DNA from: a virus
Virus genome (UHGV): UHGV-0374465
Reading direction: 5' to 3' (one strand)
DNA: 43,821 bases
Shown: positions 17,742 to 26,849 of the stretch, one piece after another
Position numbering within the stretch: the stretch's first letter is position 1
Layout of the letters: each line of letters begins with the position of its first letter
Made by a program: the position numbers and the translations under genes
The notes under the pieces: model-generated
What the model was told of the DNA's origin: nothing
Databases searched by the model: none
The model's input: the letters and a program-made list of their open reading frames with translations, nothing else

Positions 17742-17770
17742 TTGACAGTCACGTCAATACATGATAAACT
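17742..17770 (+). promoter_or_regulatory. Early promoter E0 (TTGACA-17-TAAACT)
   Basis: Canonical sigma-A spacing, 30 nt upstream of the first early gene. Confidence 0.6.
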
Positions 17771-17800
17771 TAGATCATACAACAAAAGGAGGACTAAACA

Positions 17801-18088
17801 TTGGAAGTAACATTTACTGGCACACCACACGAAATCATGCAACAATATGATCACTGGCTAAAAACACTTGACCTTGAACAAACGCTACTATATAATAGAA
17901 TCATAATCACAGGTAATAAAACAGACAAAGTACCATTACCAGAGTATAAAAAAGTAATTCAACAAATTGCAATTAATAATGGAGGAGGAATAAAAAATAT
18001 TGACAATGAAATCATGAGTTGCTACAATGTAGAAAAGAAAAGATTTAGCAATGGTTTTTATATCACAGGAATCAAAATAAAACAATAA
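17801..18088 (+). CDS. Hypothetical early protein
   Basis: 95 aa, AAGGAGG RBS, TTG start. Confidence 0.55.
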   Translation: MEVTFTGTPHEIMQQYDHWLKTLDLEQTLLYNRIIITGNKTDKVPLPEYKKVIQQIAINNGGGIKNIDNEIMSCYNVEKKRFSNGFYITGIKIKQ

Positions 18089-18094
18089 AACCAG

Positions 18095-18123
18095 TTGACA
18101 AGGGTTTCTAAGCATGCTATACT
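18095..18123 (+). promoter_or_regulatory. Early promoter E1 (TTGACA-17-TATACT) with conserved leader cttagttcataagataagaggagg
   Basis: Canonical hexamers. The leader is identical to E2. Confidence 0.65.
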
Positions 18124-18154
18124 TAGTTCATAAGATAAGAGGAGGAATAAAACA

Positions 18155-18439
18155 ATGACAAACACAGTATCAGTTTTAATCAAATCAAGCAAGAAAGAAA
18201 CTCAATATAGATACGGTAAAGAACTTATCAATATTGATCGCAGAACATTACAGCAAATTAAGGGTACAACAAGTCAAGTTTTCGTAGCCAGCGAACCTCA
18301 ACGATTGCTTAAAGACGTTAGTGAGTTCAGAGACGGTCTAACATATTCTCATACAGAAAGTATTAAAATAAACCCTCAATTTATTTGGTACGTTGATGAC
18401 ATGCCAAATATGAGAAATTATGGCAATCTTTTCAAATAA
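18155..18439 (+). CDS. Hypothetical early protein
   Basis: 94 aa, GAGGAGG RBS. Confidence 0.55.
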   Translation: MTNTVSVLIKSSKKETQYRYGKELINIDRRTLQQIKGTTSQVFVASEPQRLLKDVSEFRDGLTYSHTESIKINPQFIWYVDDMPNMRNYGNLFK

Positions 18440-18443
18440 AAAG

Positions 18444-18472
18444 TTGACACAGATCAACAAGCATGCTATACT
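18444..18472 (+). promoter_or_regulatory. Early promoter E2 (TTGACA-17-TATACT). Its 35 nt leader is identical to E1.
   Basis: agcatgctatacttagttcataagataagaggagg repeated verbatim. Confidence 0.65.
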
Positions 18473-18503
18473 TAGTTCATAAGATAAGAGGAGGAAAACA
18501 ACA

Positions 18504-18743
18504 ATGAAAACAATGACACACGAAAAATACAACGAATTACAAAAGAAAATGGACATGCTTTACAACGATTTTATTGACTTAGCAGCAGACGCTGAAGAAA
18601 GTAACGAAGGTTTTAGTAAAGTTTCAGACTGGCTAGACAACGAGATAGAAGCCATTTTAGAATGGGCTGACACAAATGATAGCACAGTTTTAGCTGAATT
18701 AGCCATTGACTACTCAAAACTGAAAGGAATGTTAGCATGTTAG
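18504..18743 (+). CDS. Hypothetical acidic protein
   Basis: 79 aa, GAGGAGG RBS. Confidence 0.5.
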   Translation: MKTMTHEKYNELQKKMDMLYNDFIDLAADAEESNEGFSKVSDWLDNEIEAILEWADTNDSTVLAELAIDYSKLKGMLAC

Positions 18744-19063
18744 CAAAATATTACACTGATATCATGAAAATACAACTTAGAGAGTTCAAGCGACTCTCTA
18801 AGTCTCATGAGAAAGCATTGGAACAATTAATGAGAATGAACGAACCAGATAATATGCAAAATCACACAACGCAACGTTACTGGCAGACACTTAACAAAAT
18901 AGAACAATCTGAAAAAGAAATGCGCAACATAATTGAAGAGCTAAACGAATTAGAAAATCGCTTTCACTGGTTAGATAACTTACATCAAGAACGCTTTCAT
19001 TTTCTCACTAAAGACGCAGAGTTATTACAGAAAATTATCAAGTTGATGAATCTTCAAAGATAG
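18737..19063 (+). CDS. Hypothetical protein
   Basis: 108 aa, overlaps the upstream gene. Confidence 0.5.
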   Translation: MLAKYYTDIMKIQLREFKRLSKSHEKALEQLMRMNEPDNMQNHTTQRYWQTLNKIEQSEKEMRNIIEELNELENRFHWLDNLHQERFHFLTKDAELLQKIIKLMNLQR

Positions 19064-19075
19064 GAGGAAACTATA

Positions 19076-19258
19076 ATGTTAACCAAACCACAAAAAATAT
19101 TATTGTCATTTCTGCACGCACTAACAACTCTTGGAGTAATATTCTTAGCATATAAACTAGGCGTGTACCTATATAGTATCTTTGGCATAATCTCACTTCT
19201 TTACTTAGCTGGCTTCATTATTCTATGGCTTGTTTGGTATCTAATATTCAATAGCTAA
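19076..19258 (+). CDS. Small membrane protein
   Basis: 60 aa, two TM helices, TAGGAGG RBS. Confidence 0.5.
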   Translation: MLTKPQKILLSFLHALTTLGVIFLAYKLGVYLYSIFGIISLLYLAGFIILWLVWYLIFNS

Positions 19259-19268
19259 ATTAGGAGGA

Positions 19269-19472
19269 ATGGAAATGAACAAAGAAGACAAAATATTAAA
19301 GACACTTACTGAATTGTTAATATTCTTTCTAGTATGTTTAGATGTAGGTGCTGTTGTACTAATTATTGACATACTACAATACTCATTAACACTAATGATT
19401 TTAATAGCAGCGCTAGTGATATCATTAAATGTATCACTAATCTCAATGGTAGTTGAAATTAGGAGGAACTAA
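19269..19472 (+). CDS. Small membrane protein
   Basis: 67 aa, hydrophobic, TAGGAGG RBS. Confidence 0.5.
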   Translation: MEMNKEDKILKTLTELLIFFLVCLDVGAVVLIIDILQYSLTLMILIAALVISLNVSLISMVVEIRRN

Positions 19473-19473
19473 A

Positions 19474-19635
19474 ATGAACACATTTATTATTCTAGCAAAA
19501 AGAAACACTCAAACCATTCAATTAAGCTACCTAGCTGAAACGATGAGAGCAGCAATTGATGAATTTCGCTTGACATATCCCAAAAAGCACTATAAAATTA
19601 TTGACTGTAAGGAAGCAACAAATTATAATAGATAG
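19474..19635 (+). CDS. Hypothetical protein (start moved to the RBS-supported ATG)
   Basis: AGGAGG + 7 nt + ATG at 19474 (MNTFIILAK). Confidence 0.45.
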   Translation: MNTFIILAKRNTQTIQLSYLAETMRAAIDEFRLTYPKKHYKIIDCKEATNYNR

Positions 19636-19646
19636 GAGGCAGTACA

Positions 19647-19859
19647 ATGTATATTGTAGAAATTATTAATCCAGAAAAAGCAGAACTATATTATAGTCCA
19701 GAAGTTTTCAGCACTCTAAAAGAAGCAGAAGAATATTTGCAGGAAGCATGTGAAGATACACTTGGTTTAGAAGGTGTAATTGTATCAGTATTACTAGAAA
19801 AGGCTGTTTTCAATAAAAGAATGATTCTTGTGTCAGCAGATATTGTGTATCACACATAG
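19647..19859 (+). CDS. Hypothetical acidic protein
   Basis: 70 aa, TAGGAGG RBS. Confidence 0.5.
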   Translation: MYIVEIINPEKAELYYSPEVFSTLKEAEEYLQEACEDTLGLEGVIVSVLLEKAVFNKRMILVSADIVYHT

Positions 19860-19926
19860 ATAGTAACAATCACACTAACAAATAGTAAGATTAGTAGTGT
19901 GATCATAACAGAGGAGGAAAACAACA

Positions 19927-20268
19927 ATGTTACAATTTAAAGAATGTCAAACATATATTTGCACAAAGTCAAATAAATCCTGGTTTACTCCAGGAGAAGA
20001 ATATCCTGTTGTTTTGGATAGTCGTGGGACAGCACTAATTATAGACAATGATGCAGATAAATGGTCTTCACGCGCATTAGCTGCTTCTAACATTGACTTT
20101 AAACTAAAAGAGACGCAACCAAAAGTAAGGATGAAAGACCTAAAATCAAACAAAGTAGAACCCATGTATACACCATGTGACGTTAATAAAATAATTATCA
20201 AAGCTTATCAAACATATAATAATGACGCACAACGATTGGCATTTATAAAAGGATATTTTGCGAAATAA
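19927..20268 (+). CDS. Hypothetical protein. Paralog of the next gene.
   Basis: Shared motif C-x-KSN-x3-F-x2-GE-x-YP ... KW with 20287..20598. Confidence 0.5.
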   Translation: MLQFKECQTYICTKSNKSWFTPGEEYPVVLDSRGTALIIDNDADKWSSRALAASNIDFKLKETQPKVRMKDLKSNKVEPMYTPCDVNKIIIKAYQTYNNDAQRLAFIKGYFAK

Positions 20269-20286
20269 AAAGGAGGAAAAAAAGAA

Positions 20287-20598
20287 ATGACAATATTAAA
20301 ACGGTACAAATGTATAAAATCAAATGATGAACAAAGATTTGCTGTGGGAGAAATATATCCATTATATAATAACGGTTATAAAAATTACGTTGTAGCGAAT
20401 AATAATGTGAAATGGTATGAAAAAGAATTTCCAATTATTAAACGAGACTATGGTATTGAATTTGAGGAGGTAAAAGAAAAAATATTTGATCTAAACAAAC
20501 TGACAACCACACAGTTGAGAGAATACGTTGATCTACTTGAAAATAAAGAGAAAGCAGAACGCGCACTAAATAAGTTCATTGAAAGGATGACTAAATAA
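20287..20598 (+). CDS. Hypothetical protein. Paralog of the previous gene.
   Basis: KRYKCIKSNDEQRFAVGEIYPL... versus FKECQTYICTKSNKSWFTPGEEYPV... Confidence 0.5.
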   Translation: MTILKRYKCIKSNDEQRFAVGEIYPLYNNGYKNYVVANNNVKWYEKEFPIIKRDYGIEFEEVKEKIFDLNKLTTTQLREYVDLLENKEKAERALNKFIERMTK

Positions 20599-20777
20599 TG
20601 TTTAAAGTATTAGTGACAAAATACAATGCTGGAGAAGGTATAGAAGTAACTGAATTTAATTACATTGATAAGTATTACTTTGAAGATGACTATGTAATTT
20701 TATATGATACTACCAATAAAGTGAAAACCTATATTCAAAAAGACCAAGTATTAGAATTTGAGGTGCATTATGAATAA
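20598..20777 (+). CDS. Hypothetical protein (59 aa)
   Basis: TAATG overlap with the upstream gene. Open frame MFKVLVTKYNAGEG... Confidence 0.35.
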   Translation: MFKVLVTKYNAGEGIEVTEFNYIDKYYFEDDYVILYDTTNKVKTYIQKDQVLEFEVHYE

Positions 20778-20952
20778 AACTAACGAACTAATCACATTAA
20801 CAAGAATTGATGAAACCAAACTATATATAAACATTAATCATATTGTGGCATTCTATCACAACAAAGCTTGGGAATATACTATTGTTATACTGTCAGACGG
20901 TACTCAATTAGATATAAAAGACTCAGTAGAATCAATTGCTAACTATTTTTAA
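20770..20952 (+). CDS. Hypothetical protein
   Basis: GAGGTG RBS. ATG at 20770 preferred over the track's TTG at 20758. Confidence 0.45.
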   Translation: MNKTNELITLTRIDETKLYININHIVAFYHNKAWEYTIVILSDGTQLDIKDSVESIANYF

Positions 20953-20958
20953 TCAAAA

Positions 20959-20990
20959 GTATAGCACAAATGAAAAGTTTGTGCTATACT
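20959..20990 (+). promoter_or_regulatory. Hairpin (10 bp stem) followed by an extended -10 element TGCTATACT and the conserved leader. Terminator/promoter composite E3.
   Basis: gtatagcacaaa-tgaaaag-tttgtgctatact. The stem overlaps the -10. Confidence 0.45.
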
Positions 20991-21023
20991 TAGTACATAT
21001 CAGATGAGGGAGGACAAAAAAGA

Positions 21024-22610
21024 ATGAATGAACTAACAAAAATAGATTATTCAGCACCACTTGAGGAATTACTACCAGTTTCAAATAAAAACTTTCCAAG
21101 TGAGGAGTTTGTGGACTTCAATTCAGAATTAGGAAGGATGTATTACGGAGGTAAAGACGGTACACAAGCCAAATTTGAGATTCAACAGGAATTATTTATT
21201 GATAAATTCAACCAGCTAGCCTATGTGTACGCTCACCCTAACTTAAACGCTCCATATGTATACAACGCAGACACGCGCATCTGGTCTGAGGTAAATCTAG
21301 GTAGTTACAAATATTCAGATTGGTACTTTGAAAATATTCTAGCGCCAAAATTTACACCACAATTCAGAAATCCAGAGTTTGGGAATGAAATTCGTAAAGA
21401 AATGAAGAAACTAGCTCCTGAGTTAGCGAATCGCTCCATGACACGTGGCGAACATGCACCATTAGGTGATAACCCCAACCCAAACATTATTGCGTTTGAA
21501 AACGGCACATACGACTTTAGAACGAATGAAATTCGTGAGACAAGATTAGAAGATTATCATACGTTACAATTGCCATATCCGTTAATTAAAACAGATGAGA
21601 CAGATGAATTACTCGCAAAACAATGGATTGATTATTTACTTAAAGACCAAGCTCAGACATTGTATGAGTATATTGGTTACATGTATTATAGAGAGTACAA
21701 ATATCAATCAATTCTATATTTATTAGGTAATGGATCAAATGGTAAATCATATGTAGGTGGATTTATCATGAACAAATTAATTGGTTTCAAAAATAGCTCA
21801 GCAGTTGGTCTAGACAGCTTAGCAGATAAGAATAATCGTTTTGATAAAGCTTCACTACACCACAAATTATTGAACTTTGAAGCGGATTCAAGTGCCAATT
21901 TTGTGAAGGGTACGGAGACATTGAAAAAGCTTTCAGGAGGTCTTGACGCTGTTCATGCTGAGAAAAAAGGCAAAGACGCTTTTAGCTTCACCAACTATGC
22001 AAAACTAATGTTCTCAATGAATGAACTACCTGCATTTAATGATCGTACAAATGGTTGGTATAGACGTATTTTGATTTTAAATTTCAACACTAATCTTGAC
22101 ACACCAGAGGCACGTCAACGCATTAATGAGTTCAATAAACAACGTGAAGAACGTGAGTCAAAAGAGCAACTTGGTAAATTTGCCTGGTTCTGTATTCAAC
22201 AATTCAAAAAGATTTTAGACACAGGTGCAAATGGTGAAAACCCATTCACAGAAACAGAAGACATGATTGAATTTAAGAAAGCATATATTGAATCCAACGA
22301 CCCATCTAAAGAGTTCTTGAGTGAAGTACCTGTGATTGTGGAAGATGAGGAAGGCAGTGTTAACCTAACCCTATTGAAGAATATCTTTAATGTGTACACA
22401 AAAGAAAACAATATCAATAAGTCAATGAACTGGCGAACGATGAAAGAATTACTACTGAAGCAAGGATTTGAAGAAAAACGTACAAGTAAAGCTCGTATAT
22501 TAACTGGTCTCAAAATTGCACGTAATGGAGACAACGAGTCAATTAAACCATATTTAATGAACGCGTTAGCAGGAACAGAGTATGTAAACATTTTCAATGA
22601 TATACAATAG
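21024..22610 (+). CDS. DNA primase/helicase (P4/D5-type, C-terminal SF3 NTPase)
   Basis: 528 aa. Walker A LLGNGSNGKS. Overall resembles the phage/plasmid primase P4 C-terminal domain and D5-like proteins. Confidence 0.7.
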   Translation: MNELTKIDYSAPLEELLPVSNKNFPSEEFVDFNSELGRMYYGGKDGTQAKFEIQQELFIDKFNQLAYVYAHPNLNAPYVYNADTRIWSEVNLGSYKYSDWYFENILAPKFTPQFRNPEFGNEIRKEMKKLAPELANRSMTRGEHAPLGDNPNPNIIAFENGTYDFRTNEIRETRLEDYHTLQLPYPLIKTDETDELLAKQWIDYLLKDQAQTLYEYIGYMYYREYKYQSILYLLGNGSNGKSYVGGFIMNKLIGFKNSSAVGLDSLADKNNRFDKASLHHKLLNFEADSSANFVKGTETLKKLSGGLDAVHAEKKGKDAFSFTNYAKLMFSMNELPAFNDRTNGWYRRILILNFNTNLDTPEARQRINEFNKQREERESKEQLGKFAWFCIQQFKKILDTGANGENPFTETEDMIEFKKAYIESNDPSKEFLSEVPVIVEDEEGSVNLTLLKNIFNVYTKENNINKSMNWRTMKELLLKQGFEEKRTSKARILTGLKIARNGDNESIKPYLMNALAGTEYVNIFNDIQ

Positions 22611-22621
22611 GAGGAATAATA

Positions 22622-22825
22622 ATGAGTTTAAAATCAGAGATTTTTGATTATATTGATATGCGTTTGGAGTATGTTAATAGAAAAATAGATAGATTTGAAC
22701 AATTTGATAATACGAGATCTAAAAGCTCACTTATAGAACAGGCTATGAATATAGCCATTAAGGATGAGTTGTTAATACTCAAAAACGACTTATACTATAC
22801 AATGCCATGGGAGGAAGAGGAATGA
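22622..22825 (+). CDS. Hypothetical protein
   Basis: 67 aa, TAGGAGG RBS. Confidence 0.45.
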   Translation: MSLKSEIFDYIDMRLEYVNRKIDRFEQFDNTRSKSSLIEQAMNIAIKDELLILKNDLYYTMPWEEEE

Positions 22826-23046
22826 ACAAATATTATGTATACACAGTAAATAGTGATACACCATTTGTGGTCAGAACAAAAGATGATCTACAAGAAGAAT
22901 ATTGGAATACTGTTGTAAAAACAAAAGGTCAAGGTGTATGGCGTTTTGAGTATGAGGGTGAAGAAAAACCAGGCAGAACACCAACCAAGTATGATAGTGT
23001 GTTCAGAGTAGAGCACATTGTATCTATTGTAAAAATAATTGAATAA
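22822..23046 (+). CDS. Hypothetical protein
   Basis: RBS-supported ATG at 22822 (MNKYYVYTV). Confidence 0.45.
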   Translation: MNKYYVYTVNSDTPFVVRTKDDLQEEYWNTVVKTKGQGVWRFEYEGEEKPGRTPTKYDSVFRVEHIVSIVKIIE

Positions 23047-23061
23047 TTTTAAACTTTACCC

Positions 23062-23090
23062 TTGACTTATTGTTGAGGGTATTGTATTAT
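23062..23090 (+). promoter_or_regulatory. Early promoter E8 (TTGACT-17-TATTAT)
   Basis: Canonical spacing upstream of 23117. Confidence 0.5.
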
Positions 23091-23116
23091 ATAAATATAG
23101 AGAGGGAGGAATTGAA

Positions 23117-23311
23117 ATGACATATCAAGAATTAATTGAACACAAGAACACATTGCAGGGTAAAATAAATGAGATAAATAAAACAATAGAGTATTTTAAA
23201 AGCATTGGAGTAAACAACTTTATAGACACATTAGATGATACTCGTGAACGTTTAACTCAGTTAGTAGACATTATTGACACAGAACTATATAAAAAGGAGG
23301 AATTAAAATGA
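23117..23311 (+). CDS. Hypothetical protein
   Basis: 64 aa, GGGAGG RBS. Confidence 0.45.
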   Translation: MTYQELIEHKNTLQGKINEINKTIEYFKSIGVNNFIDTLDDTRERLTQLVDIIDTELYKKEELK

Positions 23312-23400
23312 CATTTATGATGATTGGGTTATTATTTATTGGAGCAGTAATTTACGGAGCTGGAGTACTTATCCACTGGTTAGAGGAGGGAGAATATTAA
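23308..23400 (+). CDS. Hydrophobic micro-protein (30 aa, single TM)
   Basis: AAGGAGG RBS + ATGA overlap. MTFMMIGLLFIGAVIYGAGVLIHWLEEGEY. Confidence 0.3.
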   Translation: MTFMMIGLLFIGAVIYGAGVLIHWLEEGEY

Positions 23401-23401
23401 G

Positions 23402-23617
23402 ATGGATAAATTGAATTACACAAAAGACCTAACAACAGAAACTGACGAGCAAGTGTGTGTTGGAACGTATGATAATGATATTAATATTTACATTAGGTTA
23501 ATAGATGATGAAGAAGATTGTGCCATTGTGACACTAACACTTAAAGAGGCACAACGTGTGAAGCGCTACTTAGAAGACGCTATCACAACGAATATTATTA
23601 ATTGGGAGGAAGAATAA
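23402..23617 (+). CDS. Hypothetical acidic protein
   Basis: 71 aa. Confidence 0.45.
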   Translation: MDKLNYTKDLTTETDEQVCVGTYDNDINIYIRLIDDEEDCAIVTLTLKEAQRVKRYLEDAITTNIINWEEE

Positions 23618-23850
23618 TGTTAACATTAAAAGAATGGGATGATATTGCGTCAGAATTAGAACCGCAAGTAATGTCAAATTACGGCGAGAAGGAGCAAACA
23701 TATCTATGGGCACTATATGGTGGGCTATTGCAACACATGAAAGATTCAGGCATGACAATTGATGAAGTATTATTAATTTGTGAAGAGAAAGCAACAGGTA
23801 AAAAGAGAGAGGATTGCGTGAGAAGTCATGAAAGAAAATCAGTTCAGTAA
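23617..23850 (+). CDS. Hypothetical protein
   Basis: TAATG coupling. GGGAGG RBS. Start at 23617 (MLTLKEW). Confidence 0.45.
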   Translation: MLTLKEWDDIASELEPQVMSNYGEKEQTYLWALYGGLLQHMKDSGMTIDEVLLICEEKATGKKREDCVRSHERKSVQ

Positions 23851-24178
23851 ACAAGTTGTCAAACATTTGAAAGACAAAGGTGCATTAGTGAACGTTAATA
23901 CTGCAAACATGTTTGATAAAGTGGGTAGAAGTGATGTAGAATGTTGTTACAAAGGTTATTGGATTAGTTTAGAATTGAAAGTGGGTAGCTACCAGCCAGA
24001 TCCGTTACAAATTAGTTACTTACAAAAGGTAAGAGAAGCTGGAGGATTTGGATTAATTTTGCGTGACAATATTCATGAGCTCATGGTTTTATTGCATTGT
24101 ATTGATAATTGTGTTGAAAGACAATATAAACAACCAGACTTGCCAGAAATTAAAGTGGAGGAGATTGAGTATGATTGA
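23828..24178 (+). CDS. VRR-NUC domain nuclease (PD-(D/E)xK)
   Basis: GRSDVECCYKGYWISLELKVGSYQPDPLQISYLQKVREAGGFGLILRD fits the VRR-NUC D...E.K...Q core. Typical partner of phage SNF2 helicases. Confidence 0.6.
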   Translation: MKENQFSKQVVKHLKDKGALVNVNTANMFDKVGRSDVECCYKGYWISLELKVGSYQPDPLQISYLQKVREAGGFGLILRDNIHELMVLLHCIDNCVERQYKQPDLPEIKVEEIEYD

Positions 24179-24356
24179 ACTACGAGACTTTTTAAATTGT
24201 GTAGATATTGATGAGGTTGTTATTGAAATAAATAGAAATGGTTTTTACGGAAAAGAACTTTATCAATATTATTATTTAAGTGAGATTAATACAATGAAAA
24301 TCTCAGAACTTTATGTGAACCCAAATAATATGATAACGGCGGTGATTCAATTTTGA
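24171..24356 (+). CDS. Hypothetical protein (61 aa)
   Basis: GGAGGAG RBS + ATG at 24171. Preferred over the track's 24063 start. Confidence 0.4.
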   Translation: MIELRDFLNCVDIDEVVIEINRNGFYGKELYQYYYLSEINTMKISELYVNPNNMITAVIQF

Positions 24357-24744
24357 TTAAAAACTATTTAATTACGTATGAAAAGAAGACATATGATGGA
24401 CGGTATCTTGAGACAACTACTCACCAAATACGAATCCCAGCACTAACACTTTTTGACGCTGTAGACTACGCACACAATACGCTAGAACTAGAAGGAATCA
24501 AGGAGGTGCGGTTAGTATGAGTTGGATCATGAAAGCTAAAATATTAAATATACAACAGGCGTCAGTATACGCAGCAAATGAAGAGTATATGAAGTTAGTA
24601 AATATATGTTATAAATGGGAGGTGATTAAATATGATTAAGCTATTCTACTACTATATAAGGTTGAAAATGAAATACCATTATAATATTACGCAAAATATG
24701 GAGATGTGGGATAAATTATTTGAGTTGAAAAAGGAGTTAGCTAA

Positions 24745-26028
24745 ATGGTTATGAATCTATTTGATTATCAAAAAGAGGCTATTGAAAATTTTGAGACTAA
24801 GCCGCTCAATTTATCAGATGTTGGAACTGGGAAGTCATATATGAGTATTGGATCATATATAAAAAGTGGGTGTAATAAATTACTAGTAATTTGCCTAGCT
24901 CCTAAAGTGTTAGATTTTATGGAAGATGGAAAAGCATTTGGTTTAGACATTACACCTCTTAATAAAGGCACTAAAAAGAATAGAGAACTATTATCAGAAT
25001 CAAATCATGTAGCAATCAGTTTTGAGAGTAGTTGGCGCTTGACTGAGTTGTTAAAATGGGTAGACAAAGACACGTTTATTATCATTGATGAGTCCCACAA
25101 AGTAGGTGTATCTAAATCAAAAGTTACAAAGTTTGTCATGCAACTAAGTAAGAAAGCCAAACACACGTATTTATGCACAGCAACACCTGTCAGCAATGGT
25201 AAACTTGAGAACTGGTACTCACAATTATATATAGCAAACGTCTTTAGAAAGCCTAAGAAAGAGTTTGAACAGCTATTTGTGATTAAACAAATGAGACAAA
25301 TGGGATCAATGCGTTTCATGGATGTGGTTGGCTATCAAAATGAACAGCTACTTCAACAAATGATAGACAATGCTAGTGTAAACTATAAACGTGATAAAGG
25401 CTATCTTCCGCAAGATTATGTTTATAAAACTAAGAAGCCTACGTATTATAATAAGTTGAAAAAGAATAGAATTTACAAAGATGACTTTGATCACATTGTT
25501 GAATTAGATAACGCTAGTAATCTATTTAACAGACTCAGACAAGTCAGCCATGGTTTTCTAGAAGGGGTACTAAAACCAGTATCCAAAGAACCTTTTGAAC
25601 GTTTAGATGCAATTCTTGAAACGCATAATAATGAACGTGTGGTGATATTCTATAATTACAAAGCAGAGTATTTAATGCTAAGAATGTTACTAGACAAACT
25701 AAAAAGACCATACGGTGTGTATAACGGAAGTATGAAGGAATTAGATAACTTCAAACGAAATGAAAATGGAGTAGTATTAGCACAATACAAGTCAGCCTCA
25801 ACAGGTATAAATGACTTTGTGATTAGTAATGTGATGATCTTCAATAGTTTACCTTTAAGTTCAACAGAATACTTACAGGCAAAAGGTAGAATAGATAGAC
25901 ATAAGCAAACTAAAACTCCATTATATTATACAATCGTTCCAGATACACCAATTGAGAAAAAGATCTTTGAGACAATTAAAAATGGTAAAGACTTCACAAC
26001 TGAGATGATTGAGGAGAGTGTGAAATAA
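24745..26028 (+). CDS. SNF2/DEAD-like superfamily 2 helicase
   Basis: Walker A DVGTGKS, motif II DESH, motif VI QAKGRIDRHKQ. Confidence 0.8.
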   Translation: MVMNLFDYQKEAIENFETKPLNLSDVGTGKSYMSIGSYIKSGCNKLLVICLAPKVLDFMEDGKAFGLDITPLNKGTKKNRELLSESNHVAISFESSWRLTELLKWVDKDTFIIIDESHKVGVSKSKVTKFVMQLSKKAKHTYLCTATPVSNGKLENWYSQLYIANVFRKPKKEFEQLFVIKQMRQMGSMRFMDVVGYQNEQLLQQMIDNASVNYKRDKGYLPQDYVYKTKKPTYYNKLKKNRIYKDDFDHIVELDNASNLFNRLRQVSHGFLEGVLKPVSKEPFERLDAILETHNNERVVIFYNYKAEYLMLRMLLDKLKRPYGVYNGSMKELDNFKRNENGVVLAQYKSASTGINDFVISNVMIFNSLPLSSTEYLQAKGRIDRHKQTKTPLYYTIVPDTPIEKKIFETIKNGKDFTTEMIEESVK

Positions 26029-26048
26029 AAATAAATGTGCCAAACTAG

Positions 26049-26077
26049 TTGACACCCCTTAAATGGGGTGTTATACT
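26049..26077 (+). promoter_or_regulatory. Early promoter E4 (TTGACA-17-TATACT) with a 7 bp hairpin ACACCCC-ttaaat-GGGGTGT in the spacer
   Basis: Canonical hexamers. The hairpin sits 20 nt after the helicase stop, so it may double as a terminator. Confidence 0.6.
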
Positions 26078-26105
26078 TAGTACATAGATAAAAGGAGGAA
26101 GTAAG

Positions 26106-26849
26106 ATGAAACAACTAAGACTAAAGAAAAATGGTAAAGCACCACTAGTTGCTGGAGCGTTTGATGGAGAATCAGAAGATTTGATTCAAAAATGGATTAA
26201 AGAGGGAGGTAATATCGGAATTCTTACTGGAACAAAAAGTGGAATCATAGTGGTTGACTTAGACCGTCATGGTGATTCAGATGGGGTTGACTCATTAAAG
26301 AATCTACTTGAAGCATATGATATTGAGTTACCAATAACTAAAGTAGTTAAGACACCCAATAACGGATATCATTATTATTTTAAGTTGCCTTCAAAATATT
26401 ATGATATTCAACTGAAACAGAATGTAAATGGTTATGAAGGTATTGATTTTCAGAGTAGCGGTCGTTTCGTTGTAGTACCACCCAGTCAAATTGATGGTAG
26501 ACCATATGAGGTAATTCGTGACGTTGCTGAGTTACCAGAGTTACCAGAGAAGTTACTTGAGATTTTAGTGGATAAAACGATTACTAAGAAAAACAAGAAG
26601 CGAGAAAGAAAATGGACGGCAACCCTATTAGGTGATATAATTGCAGGTAGTGGTGAAGGCGGAAGAAATATCTGGCTAACCACTCAAATTGGTAAATTAT
26701 TTGCTACAGGACTGAACCATGATGAGGTGCGTGTATGGTCTCTATACGTTAATCAGATTGGCTGCAATCCACCATTATCAGAGGATGAAGTACTGCAAAC
26801 ATATGAGAGCGTTCGTAAGCGCGAAATAAGAAGAATGGAGAATAACTGA
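26106..26849 (+). CDS. Bifunctional primase-polymerase (PrimPol N-terminal domain + PriCT-like C-terminus)
   Basis: VVDLDRH (DxD), GYHYYF, VVVPPS motifs. Confidence 0.7.
   Translation: MKQLRLKKNGKAPLVAGAFDGESEDLIQKWIKEGGNIGILTGTKSGIIVVDLDRHGDSDGVDSLKNLLEAYDIELPITKVVKTPNNGYHYYFKLPSKYYDIQLKQNVNGYEGIDFQSSGRFVVVPPSQIDGRPYEVIRDVAELPELPEKLLEILVDKTITKKNKKRERKWTATLLGDIIAGSGEGGRNIWLTTQIGKLFATGLNHDEVRVWSLYVNQIGCNPPLSEDEVLQTYESVRKREIRRMENN

Noticed and set aside
16655-17800. Lysogeny module (integrase, CI/Cro) expected at the divergent junction
   Set aside because: Only small ORFs (52-62 aa) without HTH or tyrosine/serine recombinase motifs are present. The phage appears virulent.
24400-24450. tRNA-like CGAATCCC segment
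   Set aside because: No acceptor or anticodon stems can be folded around it, so it is not a tRNA.
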